The position numbers and the translations under genes are program-made. The notes under the pieces are model-generated. The model was not told the DNA's origin and did no database searches. It saw nothing but the letters and a program-made list of their open reading frames with translations. A stretch of 64,000 nucleotides of DNA from the human T2T-CHM13v2.0 reference genome, Homo sapiens. The stretch lies in the NCBI RefSeq assembly GCF_009914755.1, contig NC_060931.1, one strand, 5' to 3'. Positions within the stretch are counted from its first letter, which is position 1; each line of letters opens with the position of its first letter. Positions 15,241-31,084 of this stretch are shown here, one piece after another.

Positions 15241-16609
15241 TATGCCCTCAGCAAAAAAGAAATCCAGAAGTAGACTAAATATTATCAAAACCTTAACTTA
15301 GAAGTCACTGATCATATTAAGGACACAAGCCTCAGTATATCTTCCTTGAGAAAGAAAGGGGAGGATAATATAATTTGAAATTTCTATTGATTTTTATGCC
15401 TAATGTCTAGCAGTTAGTCACATATTCTAAACATGCCAAAAAACAGAATTATATGATCAAACATTTAGAAAACATAAGAAATCAAAAATGGACTTACAGA
15501 AATCCAATTAGTGGAAATAGCAGATAAGGACATCAAAATAATTATTATTAAGATATTCAAGAAAAGAGATAAAAATATGGACAAAAAAATTAAAAAGGTG
15601 GAAAATTTAGCCAGAGAGTTGAAAACAATTTTAAAAAATCTAATAGAACTTTTAGGGCTAAAGAATAGCTATATTTAACAGCAGATTTTCCTTGCGAAAG
15701 AGTAGGGAATTTGAATATAGTTCTATGAAAAACATACTATACTATAATAAAGAGAGAAAAAAAGAAAATTACAGAAAAGTATGTGATAAACCTGTTGGAA
15801 AGAATGAAAAGCTCTAACATATGTGTAATTGGTGTCTTGAAAGGAGATGAGAGAGAATGGCGCAACAGTGGAGAAAATGGTGGAGAATTTCTAAAACTGA
15901 TGAAAGAGGCCAGGTCAGAAATTTGGGAAGTACAGTAAAATTCAGTATAAATAAAAAGTAAACCATAATGACATGATCAAATTAAGCCCATTATAATTAA
16001 CTGCTGAATACCAGAGACAATGAGACAATTTTGAAAACAGTCCCATAAAAAAAATAAAGAGCCAGACAAGTAAGAATTTGTCAAGTTCCAGAAAAACATA
16101 TTTAAAAATCATTGTTCTTAGACTTTAGTTAATTAAAAAAATGATAATTATAATAATAAGAGGAATGATTCAAAACCAAGCTGCAAAAGGAAGAAATAGG
16201 CAAAGTTATTCAGAATCTTGGAGACCATATTTAGGATTTTAGATTTTATCTTCAGGTAATGAAAGCCTTTGGAAGACTTAATAGGGGAATGACATGATCA
16301 AATATGCATAATTAAAAGCTTACCTTTGCAGTTCTGAGGAGAATGGATGGGGATGGGGGAAGAAAAGGAGTGGGAGACCAGGAATCTGGTCACCATAACT
16401 AGGAGTAAAAGGTAATAAAACAAACAGAAGAACATTTGGCATAGCTATGACTCAAGTTTAGAGAACAACAACAAGCAAGGCTGATTTGATACTTGGTCTC
16501 TACGTGTTGAGTGAGACCTTGTAAAATATAATACCTCCAACCAATGATTGTTGGAATATAGACAAGACTGAAATTACTGGACGGGGTCCAATGATCGGTG
16601 GTCAAATCT

Positions 16610-16883
16610 AGAGTCTCCACTCTACTGCCCAGGCTGGAATGCACTGGCACAATTATAGCTCAGTGCAGCCTTGAACTCCTGGGCTCAAGTGATCCTCCTG
16701 CCACGGCCTCCTGAGTAGCTGGGACTGTAGGCATGCACCACCTCACCCGGCTAATTTTTTGATTGTAGAGATCAGGTCTTGCTATATTGCCTAGGTTGGT
16801 CTGGAAGTCATAGGCTCAAGTGATTCTCCCACCTTGACCTTCCAAAGTGCTGAGATTACAGGTATGAGCCACCACACCCAACC
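16610..16883 (-). mobile_element. AluJ without poly-A tail
   Basis: Degenerate 15-bp TSD tcggtggtcaaatct / tcagttatcaaatct. Confidence 0.85.
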
Positions 16884-17059
16884 TTCAGTTATCAAATCTG
16901 TGGATACCTAAAGTTTGCCAAGGTGAGGACCTGGGAATTTGATACTGCTCATATACACTGAAACAATATTTTGTCCTTTGTTGTGTTTTTATCCAGATAA
17001 TTTTAGAGATGTTGATGCTGCATATAGTCATAATAGGGATAAAAATTCTAACTGTGGTC

Positions 17060-17340
17060 ATGGAAGAGAAGGAAACTAAGATTTGCCAAGCACTTACTAG
17101 TGTCAGGCACTGTATTATATGTTTTATATATTTCATCTCATTGAATTGTCACAATGACCTTGTAAAGCAGTCTTGTTCCCTTTATACAAGTGAGAAAATT
17201 GAAGCTAAATTTAAGTAATTTGATGAGAGTGAAAGAGTAGTTAAGAAAATTGTTTAGGAAGGCACAGCTACCAAATGGCAGCTGGAAATAAACCGTGTTC
17301 ACTGACTTTGAAGTCTGTGATGCTTCCACCATAGCCTTGC
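17060..17340 (-). mobile_element. MIR
   Basis: agcacttactagtgtcaggcactg...gagaaaattgaagct core. Confidence 0.7.
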
Positions 17341-17870
17341 TCTGCAAAACCCTTTAGATCTTTTTACATCATCACTCACACTTTCAGGTAAGGATTTCGG
17401 TTTTACAAAAAGTTGAGCAGGGAAGAAAGTAACCAGTACTGTCCCAGGAAGTGGGATCAAGGTGCAGAGTAATAAAAGGAAGGCAACTCAGTTTCAATGA
17501 TTATTCTGATCTTTTTTTTCCCAACTTGGTGAGTCATAGATAACTTTGTTTTACAATGACTTCTATTAACTGGAACAATAAAATATTAATAAGCATATAT
17601 AATTCCATAGAATAAGATCATCACAATGATATGAGAAAAAAGAGATAGTTACAATATCTAATGACATTTTGGAGAAACATAGTTTCTTAAAATTTTTCTT
17701 TGTAAGTATGTAATTTTCTCTGTGTACAAATATCTAACCTTGGCACTGCCCCCCATCAGTTTTCAATTAAGACTGAGCTGAAAAATATGGAACATGGTAT
17801 TACCCAATTTTATTCTTTAATGAAATATTACATGATGCATGGAAAATCCTATGCATCACATAAGACTTAT

Positions 17871-18200
17871 TGTTTCTTTGGAAAGAATATGAAGGAACTG
17901 AAGAACAGTAATGCGTGAAAATGCATTTAATAAAAGTGACCCGATACCTCTGCTACAGGTTCCAAGCTCAGTATCTCATAAAGGATGACTACTACTCTTG
18001 AGAAGAAGCAGAAAACTGCAGAATTTCTTAAAAAGTAAAAGTAGAGAATCAGAAGACTTTTAATTACATAGCTCCTGAAACAACAGCAAAATCCCCATAA
18101 ACAATGTAGTTGTACTTTAGGAAAGACTGAGGGTGGTTCATGGAGGCTTTGAGAGATAGGGTCAGAAGAATCAGCCACTCATTATCTGGGGACCATGATT
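17871..18200 (-). pseudogene. Candidate exon: EWLILLTLSLKASMNHPQSFLKYNY..G(fs)ILLLFQEL...
   Basis: RGS helix 2-4-like pattern across a frameshift; mutated donor ACA|ataagt; acceptor uncertain. Confidence 0.4.
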
Positions 18201-18460
18201 CTTGAACACTTTAGATAGCATGGTGTTAAGCAATCAGCCTGCCTGGAATGGAATTAATATTTCTGCTCTGCTACCTACCAAATGTGTAACATTTTCAAGT
18301 TTATTGGAATTTTATATGCTTCAGTTTAGTAACGTAAAAAATAAAAATAGTGGTGAAACCTATCCCATGAAGTTACTGTAATGTTTAAATGAGTTAATAG
18401 ATGTAAACTAAAAATATTATCTGGAAAATAACAACCACTCCATAATTGTTAGATACTATG

Positions 18461-18474
18461 ACATCACCACCACC

Positions 18475-18508
<34 letters not shown>

Positions 18509-18509
18509 T
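18461..18509. repeat. (CAC)n(CAT)n microsatellite at a MIR tail
   Basis: Seen directly. Confidence 0.9.
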
Positions 18510-18699
18510 TTTAATCTTATGGTTAATGTATCTTTATGATCAACATTTCTCTGTTTTCTGCAACTTTATCTTTGAGATGTCCATTTTGCTCAGACCACTT
18601 AACCATTTCATTTTGTCTTAGTCATTATTTTCCCTTTTAATTTTTCCATGTTTTTCCTTTCTTTCGCCCTCCCTTCCTTCCTTTCTCTTCTTTATAACT

Positions 18700-19490
18700 C
18701 TGTTATTAATTATTTTAAGTGTAATATTTGATACATATAAAATAATACTTATAACAGATTATAAAGTATAATAAATAGTCATAAATCAACCACTCCCATA
18801 TCTACCACACAGATGAGGAAATAAAGCATCACCAGCACTACTTGGAAGCCCCTGCTTGCCTTGTCCTTGTTCCATCATGTCCCTTCATTTCCCATAAATT
18901 CACTAATATCTTGAACTTTCTCATTATCAGTATTTTTAAAATATATAACCATTTTTATCTCCTATGTCTGTATTCTTAATCAATGAATTGTTCAATGTTG
19001 CATGTCTTAAAACTTTATGTACATAAAATTTTTCTTTTATAGTCTTCCATGTCGCATTTTCACCTCTATATTGTGATTCCAAGGTAGATCCATGCCAATT
19101 TTAGCTGTAGCTCTTTCATTTTTATTGCTTACTAGGATTCTAACATATAAATTCACCACAATTCTTTTTATCAATTTTATTGCTAACAGGTCTTGGTGTA
19201 GTCCCTAATTCTATGCTGTCATCAACAGTATTTCTGTGAACATTCTTATGCCTACTTGTTGGTTTGCATGTTTGAGATTTTCCTTAGGATACAATCCTAT
19301 GAATGAATTGTTGGATAGTTAAGCATTCTCATCTTTACTAAATATTAATACCATTAGACTATTTTCTATGGTAACTATCATGCTCTACATCCCAACTAGC
19401 AATGTATATGAATTTGGTTACTCCAGAGACTCATTTGCACTAAATAGTAACTCTCTTTCTTTTTCTGCCTAGCAAAAACTTAAAATGAAA
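18700..19490 (-). mobile_element. L1ME-type relic
   Basis: agcatcaccagcac...gaagcccctg; tgtgaacattctt. Confidence 0.65.
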
Positions 19491-19583
19491 TCTACTTGGA
19501 ATTCAGGACATAAGGGCCTATAACATTTTGCTGGTCCTGAAAACATTTATTTTTGGGTTTTGTTTGTTTTGTTTTTTTATCAC

Positions 19584-19706
19584 AGTCAGTGAACAGTTTC
19601 TTCTTTAAAGCTTCCAATCTTATTACAACTTTAGTAGATGAGAATATTGAAAGTAATAATTTGAAAAAAGTTCCAGCAACATAATTGGCCCTTACATGCT
19701 GAACAC
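19584..19706 (-). pseudogene. Candidate exon: GVQHVRANYVAGTFFKLLLSIFSSTKVVIRLEALKKKLFTD
   Basis: Acceptor T11-aag|G, stop-free, 123 nt, phase 1-1; weak donor ACT|gtgata. Confidence 0.45.
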
Positions 19707-20256
19707 CTTAAAAAAAAAAAGTTATAACAGAGTGGGCTATTATAGCTAAATGATTGAAAACATATCATCTCTGTTGACCTGATTAATCCGTGAAGATGTT
19801 GACAAGCTGAAAGAGATTCTCTTCGGGAAGGTTAGAGACCAAGGATACAGAGATTAAATTCCTCCACCTTGATATCTTGGGAATGGTATTGAGTCATGCT
19901 GGCAGAGCTTGGTGTGGAGGCTGACTTGTCTCAGGCAGTTCGTGTTCTATGGCTGTGCAATTCCAATGGCAAGAGCTAAAAAAATCAGATTAAATAATTT
20001 GCACTTTCTTTTTTTAAAAAACTATATGTACATACTTATATGTTTCTAATAATTAAATGCACAATGAAAAACAAATGTATTTCACTGTATTTAAGATCAC
20101 TTGTGACAGAAATTCCCTTAGCTTTCTATGTTAGAAATATAGTTTGATTCCATATGCAAAATTTTGAGAGAGACTCTTTTCGTCTTTGATAATTGCAGTA
20201 TACAAAATTCCCAATGGAGAGGGTTAAAGTCTTTCTCTTTCTCTTTTCTCTCTTTC

Positions 20257-20533
20257 TATATATACATATTTTATATATATCATATATATTTATATATGTA
20301 CACACAAGTATATACACACTAGAATATACTTATATATATACTAGTATACGTATATTTATATATACATGTATATATAAGTTTATATGTATACTTATATATA
20401 TACATAAATATAAGTATACATATATTAGTATAAGTATATATACACTTATATATACACATATATACATACACTTATATATGTATATATATACGTATATATA
20501 CACACACACACAAATATAAATAAATATATATAT
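20257..20533. repeat. Degenerate (TA/CA)n low-complexity tract
   Basis: Seen directly; explains the I/Y-rich ORFs. Confidence 0.9.
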
Positions 20534-21138
20534 AAAAACGTGGGGGGTGGATAGATGTAGATTGCTTGGGAAGCAAGAAGTCTTGCAAAAATTGTCGGGC
20601 CCACAGAAATTCCATTTGGGCTGCCAAATTTGCATTAGTCCCGCCCACAGTTTGAAATGTCACCCCACCCTCTCTTTGCCATCTGCACCACCACCTACTG
20701 AATCCTATGTCTCTAGTCTTAGAGAACAGAAGCATCTGCCTATGACAGGCACATTCAGAATTGCCCCCCAAACAGATTCAAATGAAAATCCAAAAGATTT
20801 ATTAAAGCAGAGTCAGAATATATATATGTTTTTAGAGTCAAAGCTTTACAATTATAAGGTTTTCAGTGTGGTTTATTATTTCCTGATTTCTTCTACGTTA
20901 TAAGCGTACAAATAGAGGATATTTTTATGACAGATCTAAAATCACTTTGATAAATTAGTAACATACAACCTCTGTAAATTTCTTCACTTGTTGCTAATTA
21001 AATGATGCAGCTATTTTTCTGCTGAGTACTTGCCATTTATTAATTTATTCATCTAGTACACATTTTTGAGACCATAAAGTGTTAGTTAGAGAATCAATAC
21101 AGTATGTTCGCACTACTCCTGAAGACCATGACCTAGTG

Positions 21139-22106
<968 letters not shown>

Positions 22107-22846
22107 GTCTAGCAGATAGATGATATTCATTCACTCTTTCAGAGCGAGGCAAATGGCATGCAAATAAGTACTCAATCAAAGTGTGATGAGGGGCTGTTTA
22201 CAGGGACACTAGTTAATCTTACGAGACTAGAAAAGCTTTTCAGAAGAATTTTAGGCCAAGGATTAATTGAGAAATAGGAGTTATATTCGCACAATAAAGA
22301 AGCATCAGAGAGAAAAAGGCAGTTTTCCAGACCAAGCAAACAATATGTGCCACTTTAAGGCGCTGAAATAAGTCCAATATAGGAACATGTGCAATAGATC
22401 TAGCAACTAATTATATATAATGGATTGACGTTCAAGATGCAATGGGAATATGGAGAATCAAGGATGCTGGAGTTAGGAAAGAAGGTAAAAATTTAACCAG
22501 GACTTGAAGAATGAATGGGAGTTTGTGAAAAGGATTAACAGGATTGGGAAGGAGAGAGGGTTTCCCAGGTAAAGCTTAAAGTTATAAATGAGCAAGGCAA
22601 CATGGAAAATTTGAGATCGCTCCTTTAGGATGAAGATGAGAATATTTGTGGTAGTAGCAGGAAATGAAACAAAAGAGCAACACTGGGGCCAAATCACGAA
22701 GGGTCTTCTTTGCCAGGATCATATGAACTTTATGTCACAGATGACGAGCTCCTATTGAAGAGTAAAGCAATGCTGTGATCAGGCTGGTGCAGCAGAGCCT
22801 TCTCTCTGCATTGGAGAGTCATTATCATATTCTTGCCGTGGTACCC

Positions 22847-23265
22847 TGTTACGTCTAGGACTGTCATCTTGTTTTTACTCACTGTCTTCTTGCTTTTTCT
22901 CACTGTCATCTTGCTTTTTAAATTCCTATGGAAACCTGCCTTTTGACAATAGAAACCAGTACCCTGGGAGCTGGACATCTATGATAGCATCGCATCATGT
23001 TTGCAACCTATTGCTTGGATCTGATCAACTTTCAAGTTCTCCTGTTAAAGGTAAACCCTTTCTTTACCTTGCTGCAGCTCTGAGCACTCCAGGTGGGAAG
23101 GTTGGGATCTTAGTATGCTAATGACAGTTTAAAGAATTTGGAACAGTCTTTTCTTTTTCAAAATTACCTGGAGTTTAGACAATTGTCTCACAAGACACTA
23201 AAAAATATCCTGCTTTTGTTCTGTAGGACACTTCTGAGCAGGTACTTCTTTCTCTTTCTTTAACA
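22847..23265. mobile_element. ERV1-type solo LTR (LTR37-like; family uncertain)
   Basis: TGTTA...TAACA termini, perfect 4-bp TSD ACCC. Confidence 0.7.
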
Positions 23266-23477
23266 ACCCTAAGCCCCTATAAAGAAAATAGTATTGGGAG
23301 AAGATTATAGAGCATAGAAAGATAAAAGAGAAAAGTGTATTAACATAGTTTAAAGGATTATTTTACCTATTGCTTGTGCAAGGATGTGTGAAAAAATTAA
23401 ATTCTTTTAAATACACTGTAGGCTGCTTTGAACATTGATTTTTGTCTCATTTATTCATTGATTTAAAAATATCTACA

Positions 23478-23789
<312 letters not shown>

Positions 23790-24362
23790 CTACTAAGTTC
23801 CTACTAGGCCCAAGTGCTATATTCTGAGTGCTGTATATATAGTGATAGACAAGACAGATAAGATCCCTGGCCTCAATGAGAAAGGTGCTAAGAAGAAAAA
23901 ATAAGACAATGGGATATTGAATAGAGCAGTAAGGATGCTTCCTTTCTCAAGTTATAGAAAAAAATAACAAAAATTTTAGTCAATAAGGATATTGATTATC
24001 TCATACAACATAAAGTTAGGGGTTAGAAGAGTTCCAGGGTAAATAATTCAAGAACTCACTTACTTCATCATTTACAGGAATTCTTTATGCTTTGCCATTT
24101 CCAACATGTTGGCCAGTCCTTTTTGCCCGCATATCCTGAGGACTCCAAAATAGCAGTCTCACGGGTCATTTTCAGACAATGATACCCTGGTAATAGGAAA
24201 GGCAGCATTCTTTTTAAGCAGTGAGATACATTTTTCTAGAAGTGCAATGCCCTGGCCCCCACTCAAAACATCCTCTGTATTATATAACATGTTTATTCCT
24301 AAACCAATCAATTGTTAATAGTCTGAGACAATGATGAATGCCTTAAAATAATCAAGTATCTT

Positions 24363-24673
24363 GGCCGGGCGTGGGTGGCTCATGACTGTAGTCCCAGCAC
24401 TTTGGGTGGCCGAAGCAGGCGAGTCACTTGAGGTTGGGAGTTGGAGACCAGCCTGGCCAACATGATGAAACCCCATCTCTACTAAAAATAGGAAAATTAG
24501 CCAGTCATGGTAGCACTTGTTTGTAGTCCCAGCTACTCAGGAGGCAGAAGCAGGAGAATCGCTTGAACCCGGGAAGCGGGGGGTTGCGGTGAGCTGAAAT
24601 CACGCCACTGTACTCCAACTTGGTGACAGAGCAAGACTCAGTCTAAAACAACAACAACAACAACAAACAAAAA
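24363..24673 (+). mobile_element. AluSx-like, inside an MLT1 relic
   Basis: TSD atcaag.atctt, (CAA)n tail. Confidence 0.9.
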
Positions 24674-24789
24674 CTATCAAGCATCTTGCTTTGGGGTTAG
24701 AAAGGGTCCAGTCTCCCTTGAAGATCTTGTTCTTCTAGGGGATGTGAATAATATCAAGGTCCTATCATCAAAGAGTGGCTGTAGAATAA

Positions 24790-26090
24790 GCAACGAAAAG
24801 TCTTTGCTACAGTGAGTGGTTGAATTGGAAGGAGTGGGAGATCTGAGAAATCTTTCTGAGATAAAATTGAACCAAGATCTAACTGATGAGAAAGACACAG
24901 CCATACAGCAATCTGGGGGAAGAATATTCCAGGCAAAGTGAAGAGCAAATGAAATGGATCCAAGATGGGGAAAAGTCTGATGTGCTTGAGGAAATAAAAA
25001 AGACAGTGTGGATGAAGTTCAGAGAATATTTGGGAAAGTGGAATTAAAAAAAAAAAAAAAAAAAAAAAGGACCCAGAAGCAAGTACTAGCTCAATCTACA
25101 CAGTCTTGTGAGCGACTGTAGGACGCTGAGTTTTATTCTGTTGAAACTTAGAAGTCATTGGAAAATTTTTAAGCTGGAGATCTTTTTTTTTTTGAAACAG
25201 AATCTCACTGTTACCCAGACTGAAGTGCAGTATTGAAATCATAGCTCACTGCAGCCTTGAACTCCTGGGCTCAAGCAATCCACCTGTTTCAGCCTCACAA
25301 ATGGCTGGTATTACAGGCATGAGCCACCATGCCCGCCCAAGCCAGAAAAAAATGTTAAGCCATTTAAAAACAGTCACTTTGGTTGCCATGTAGGAATGAG
25401 CCACAGTGAGGCAAAAGTAAAAACATTTAAGAAACAAATGTAGCAGAACAGGCAAAAAATCATCATAGCTAGTACAAAAACACTGTATTAAAGATGGCAA
25501 GGAGATGCCAGTTATATTTTGGGGTATTGCTGACATGACCTACCAATGGTTTGTTTGTCAAGGATATGAAAAGAGACAGAAATAAAATATAAGTTTTGGG
25601 TTTAGAGCCTGAGCAATTGAGTTGATATTTGCACCATTAACTGAAATGGAAAGTTCTTGAGGAGAAACTGGTTTTGTTGGGCTGAAGAAAATCAATAATT
25701 CTGTTTTGGACATGTTGAGTTTGACATTCCGATTACATCCTAGGAGAAATATGAATACAGAATTGGCCAGCGATCTGGACAGGGTTTTCAGCCAGAGACA
25801 ATTTGGGTAATTATAATATGGATTAGATTTTAATTTGTGGGACTAGATGAGATCATCTAGAAAAAGGGAGATGGAGAAGAATTTCATCTGAGAACATACT
25901 AAAATTTACAGTTTTGTCCTATGAATCAAGATTAGCAAAGCATCCTAAAGAGGAACTACCAATAAGGTAAGAGAAAAGCCAGGATACTGGAGCATCTTGG
26001 AAATCAAGAGAAGGAAGTGTTATATGATTGAGAGGTAGTCAACTGGTCAGTGCTGCTGAGTGATAGAGTGAGAGAAAGACATAGGCTTTG
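24790..26090 (+). mobile_element. L2 relic with a FLAM/Alu monomer (25183-25343, minus)
   Basis: ttccaggcaaagtgaagagcaaatg; ttctgttttggacatgttgagtttga. Confidence 0.75.
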
Positions 26091-26328
26091 GAAAATGGAA
26101 GTTGTTGAAGACTTAGATAATAGCCTTTAACTTAGCGAACTCTGTGTAAATAGTTGTTGAGTTAAAATGCTATTCTGGTCTGTCTTATTTTTTTATCTCA
26201 ACACTGTCCCAAATTCCAATTATGATAAATATCTAAAATATAAACATTTTTAATACAGCATAATACATATTTTGCTTTAATGTGGCCTTGATGATTAGCC
26301 ATTCTTAAAAAGACTTGATTAAACATAT

Positions 26329-27159
<831 letters not shown>

Positions 27160-29141
27160 CATAAATGTATCTCAGTGATCTAAGCTAATGAAAACAATTA
27201 TTTATTTTCAGCTTATAATATTTAGTCTCCATAATTATTCCATTACATAGTTGTTGCTGTTGTTTTTTTGCCCTGTGACAACTTAAAACATTGTACACTT
27301 TCAAGCCTTACCTATATGACTTTGGCTGCTATTTCCACTAGGAAAGGAACTGTTCCTTGTGGACATTTGGTATAAAGAGGTATCTTGAACAGACATAGAG
27401 TGAATATTATAATAATATATCTAAAGATCTCCACAGTTTCTATCAAACTTTACAGCTCATATTCTACTTTTTTGTAACTAGAAATAGAAATGGAATTATG
27501 ATGTTTTGAAATTGATACACTAGTTTCTGTGAAAAAGAAAAAATAAGTACTGCCATTGTGTTGTAACAAATATTGCTTCTGTAATACATGATAGTTTATT
27601 TTCTCCTTCACACACTCAGAATAATAAATTACAGAGCTAGAAGAATCTCAGAGAGCATGATTTCTAATGCCTACTTTTACATATGAAGAAAGGAAAACTG
27701 AAGCATTAGTTGCTTAGTTAGTTATATTACCAGATTGAATTTAGACTTCTGATTGTCAGCTAATTTTTCCTGTCACAGTGTTTTATATACCTATTCCCTC
27801 TGAATTCTGTCCTCTGTTAATCCCTTAGTGTGAAGAAGGAGGAATGTTCTGAAAAACAATGTATAGTGGCAAGAGAAATAATGTGGCAGATAAATGAGCC
27901 AAAAAGGGTCAAGTTTATGGCTGAGGTTCCTCAGTCACCAATGGCCAGCTATCACCAGCAAATTCTACTAAAAACAAAATGAACAGCCCAAACTGGAATT
28001 TGTAAATTTGATCACTTAAAACAAATCCCATTGACCAGAAATTCAGAGAAATTGTTACGAGCAAGTCATCAACAAATTAGCAATGCCAGACACAATTTCA
28101 ACATCCATTTATTCCTTTAATTAATTCCCCAGGCAGGTCAACTGAAAGAATAAATCACATGAGTCATTTGTCATTAAGTAGGACAAAAGCTCAGGATTTT
28201 GATTATTTATATACATACGTAGTTTTTTCCTTTGCAACATATTTTTTAGGCATTACATACATAGAATAAGAATCCTTCTGCAACTAGACATACAGCAATA
28301 CTTTTTAATAGATTATAAATCAATTTTAGATTTCATCCAGTTTGTCTATGTTTAATTTTCCCTGCAGAGAAGGTACAAATTTAAAATTTATATCTTATAC
28401 AGAGTAACATTCTTATTTGTTTATTTAATGGTCTAAGATTGATTATATTTCTTCTTTTGAATCTATTAAAAAGTGAACAAACCTCCATTTCATTTTTTCC
28501 TTTTATGTGTAATCTTGTTTACAACTCTATGTTTGTTGAGCCCACTTGATTTTAAGAATGATTGATTCCCTATCTCCAACGAACCTTGAGAATTTTGTTT
28601 AAATCAACTCCAATGAGCTTCTGATTTTCCTCTTACTTAAGGGCTATAAAGCTGCACTGTCTAATCAGCAACACGATTTATATCTAACAAGTTCTTGATA
28701 TTTAGCTGGTAACTGGGAAGTTTATTCACTGCCATCTAAGTGGTGAGAATTATTTTTACTACATCAATCATTTCTATGGTTAAATGAGAAGCAACAGCAT
28801 GGCGAGTCTGAGCACAGCAGTTAACCGCTGTTAAGACAGAGACATTTTTTTTTCCTTTAAATTTGCCTCAGCATTATGTCCTAGTGCTGGTTAAGCCACT
28901 TCTGGTGTTCTGGAGGGTTATAAGACTTTTACATGGACTTAAATTTGTGTACTTAAGAAATCATTGGCAAAGGAAAAAAACTTTTTTATTGAAACCAACG
29001 TATACTTAAACTTATCCTCATTTGTATAAACAGTTTATCTTTTAAAAATATGCAGAAAAAATTGCCACGTTGCCTGTAACTGAAACTGAGTATATTAACA
29101 TGCTTTTTCCTAAATATGCCAATAGATGCCAGTTATTATTT

Positions 29142-29219
29142 AATATGTGGGTTTCAGTTTCATGGCACAGCTATCTTTAGCTAAATATAGCTGTGCCATG
29201 AAACTGAATCCCATGTATT
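29142..29219. repeat. 78-bp near-perfect palindrome
   Basis: Perfect 22-bp arms ttcagtttcatggcacagctat / atagctgtgccatgaaactgaa around a self-complementary tttagctaaa centre. Confidence 0.95.
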
Positions 29220-31084
29220 TATGAGGAGACAAACATGCCAAAATGGACTTCTTATGAAGAGGTAGTCCATTAAAATGAATCTCTGTAAGGTTACTATACA
29301 TTATCTTTATATCTTAAAAGCTGTGACAAAAAGTACAGTGTTCTGTTTTGTGAGCTTAATTCAAAGGCTTGTTCATTCTATTATTGGTCTTGTAATGTCT
29401 CCTGCTTTTATGATTATATTTTGGTGCCTCTCTCCAATGTAGTCTTGCCTGTTTGTCATTTCTTTGTTACTGAATATAAGTGAAAATGCCATAATATTGT
29501 TCTTCTGATTTTATTTAGGGAAATTTTGACTCACTGCTTCAGATTTTATATCCTTACTCCCCTCTCAGCTGCTGTGGTTCACTCATGTTGGCTTTATGCC
29601 ATTACAGTACCAATAAAAAAATTGTGACAGCATTATCACGAAGTGATGTTGTGTATTTGTATTTATATTTTTATATTTCTTGATATTACTTGCTGTTGTT
29701 ACATTGAAGTCAAGCCAAGAAGGGTATTGGATTGTTAAATTATGGCTAATCATATTACTAAAATGTTAATAAGTAGATAAATATATAGCACTTAATCAAA
29801 ACATCATTATTCACTTATGGAAATTTATGTAAGTGCTTTTTCAAAATTAAATGATCAAAGGAATTCACTAAAGTGGGGGTTGTGAAGTTATCTTAGTAAA
29901 CCTGTTTATAATTGAGCAGGACCTTTTAATAGATTAACTGTCCTCAACAACTTGCTTTATAAACATAGCTTAATTTATTTGCAATAAACTATAGACAAAA
30001 ATCACATTTACCTATTTTATTTGAATTTACTCACCAATATGAATTTCTTTTCAAATGTAAAGCAATTTATCATTACAATCTATAATTTGCATGCAGACAT
30101 TCTATTTGTTACCTATCCTGTTACAAATGGCCTTCTTCTCTTCAATTCTCACTTAATAGTCTGTCTTCAACAGAGCCGTAAAAAGAATTTTCTTAAATTG
30201 CAGGTCTTATATCATTATTCTATTGCAAAACATTCAGTGGGCCCCAATTTTCCTTTAGAGCAAGGATAAACAGGTATTCAGAACACTTCACATTCTGGAT
30301 ACAACCTTCTTTGCAAAACTTATCCCTCTCTTTATGCGTTCATGGATTTAACACTTAGCAGAATTAAATTGTATGATATTTATTTGTTTTTTTAGACAAA
30401 AATACATTTAACTATTTTAATTATAATTCATCTTATTTAATAGTAACTTTTAAAGTTTTTGATGATGTTATGGACTTATAAGTTATCACATAGTCCTTTT
30501 TAATTGGTACATATTTTTTGATTACTAAGAAATTTTGATCTGAGCTCAGAAAGTTGTCACTTACTTGATATGATGTAAGTGGCAAAGTCAGAAATAGAAT
30601 CTCCATCTTCTGATATTTAGTCCATTGGGTTTGGTTTCCAGTGGCTTTGGTTTCTTTCATATTACCAAGCTGCTTCAATATCAGGTTATCATTCAGCAAC
30701 ATCAATATTATTGTTACTACATAAAAAGCAAAGCAAAGCAAATAATAAAACTATAATGCAAGTTATTACATAAATATTAAATATTATTAAATCATTAAAT
30801 AATTATATAATAACTATATTAATATAACTTTTATAAAATAGAAAAAGCAAATATGAAAACTGAGATAAAATATATGAGTCAATTCTTTTCGTACCTGGGA
30901 CAATATTATATACACCATTTAGACATGATAAAAAATTGAAAATATTGTGATATGTTGTAACAGTTTAGGAAAAAGGATATTCATACATGTCATATCATTA
31001 GAGAATTTTAAGATTGTATGAATCTAAGATAGCATCTAGAAATGAATAATAGTAACCAAAAATGGGTATAAATTGCAAGATTGC

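Noticed and set aside
16399-16650. LTTDHWT resembling the hAT transposase catalytic motif
   Set aside because: The downstream Y..VT.H(F/Y)I..W pattern is absent and no TIRs were seen; probably chance.
19740-19975. Minus-strand acceptor (gatttttttag) followed by mixed-composition sequence
   Set aside because: It may be another fossil exon, but I could not fix a frame or donor. The same applies to blocks near 700-876, 1977-2078 and 4281-4420.
20126-20771. I/Y-rich ORFs
   Set aside because: Translation of the (TA)n low-complexity tract.
27828-28120. Plus-strand frame of about 97 codons with one stop after a cccttag acceptor
   Set aside because: No recognisable protein motif, no partner exons, opposite strand to the exon chain.
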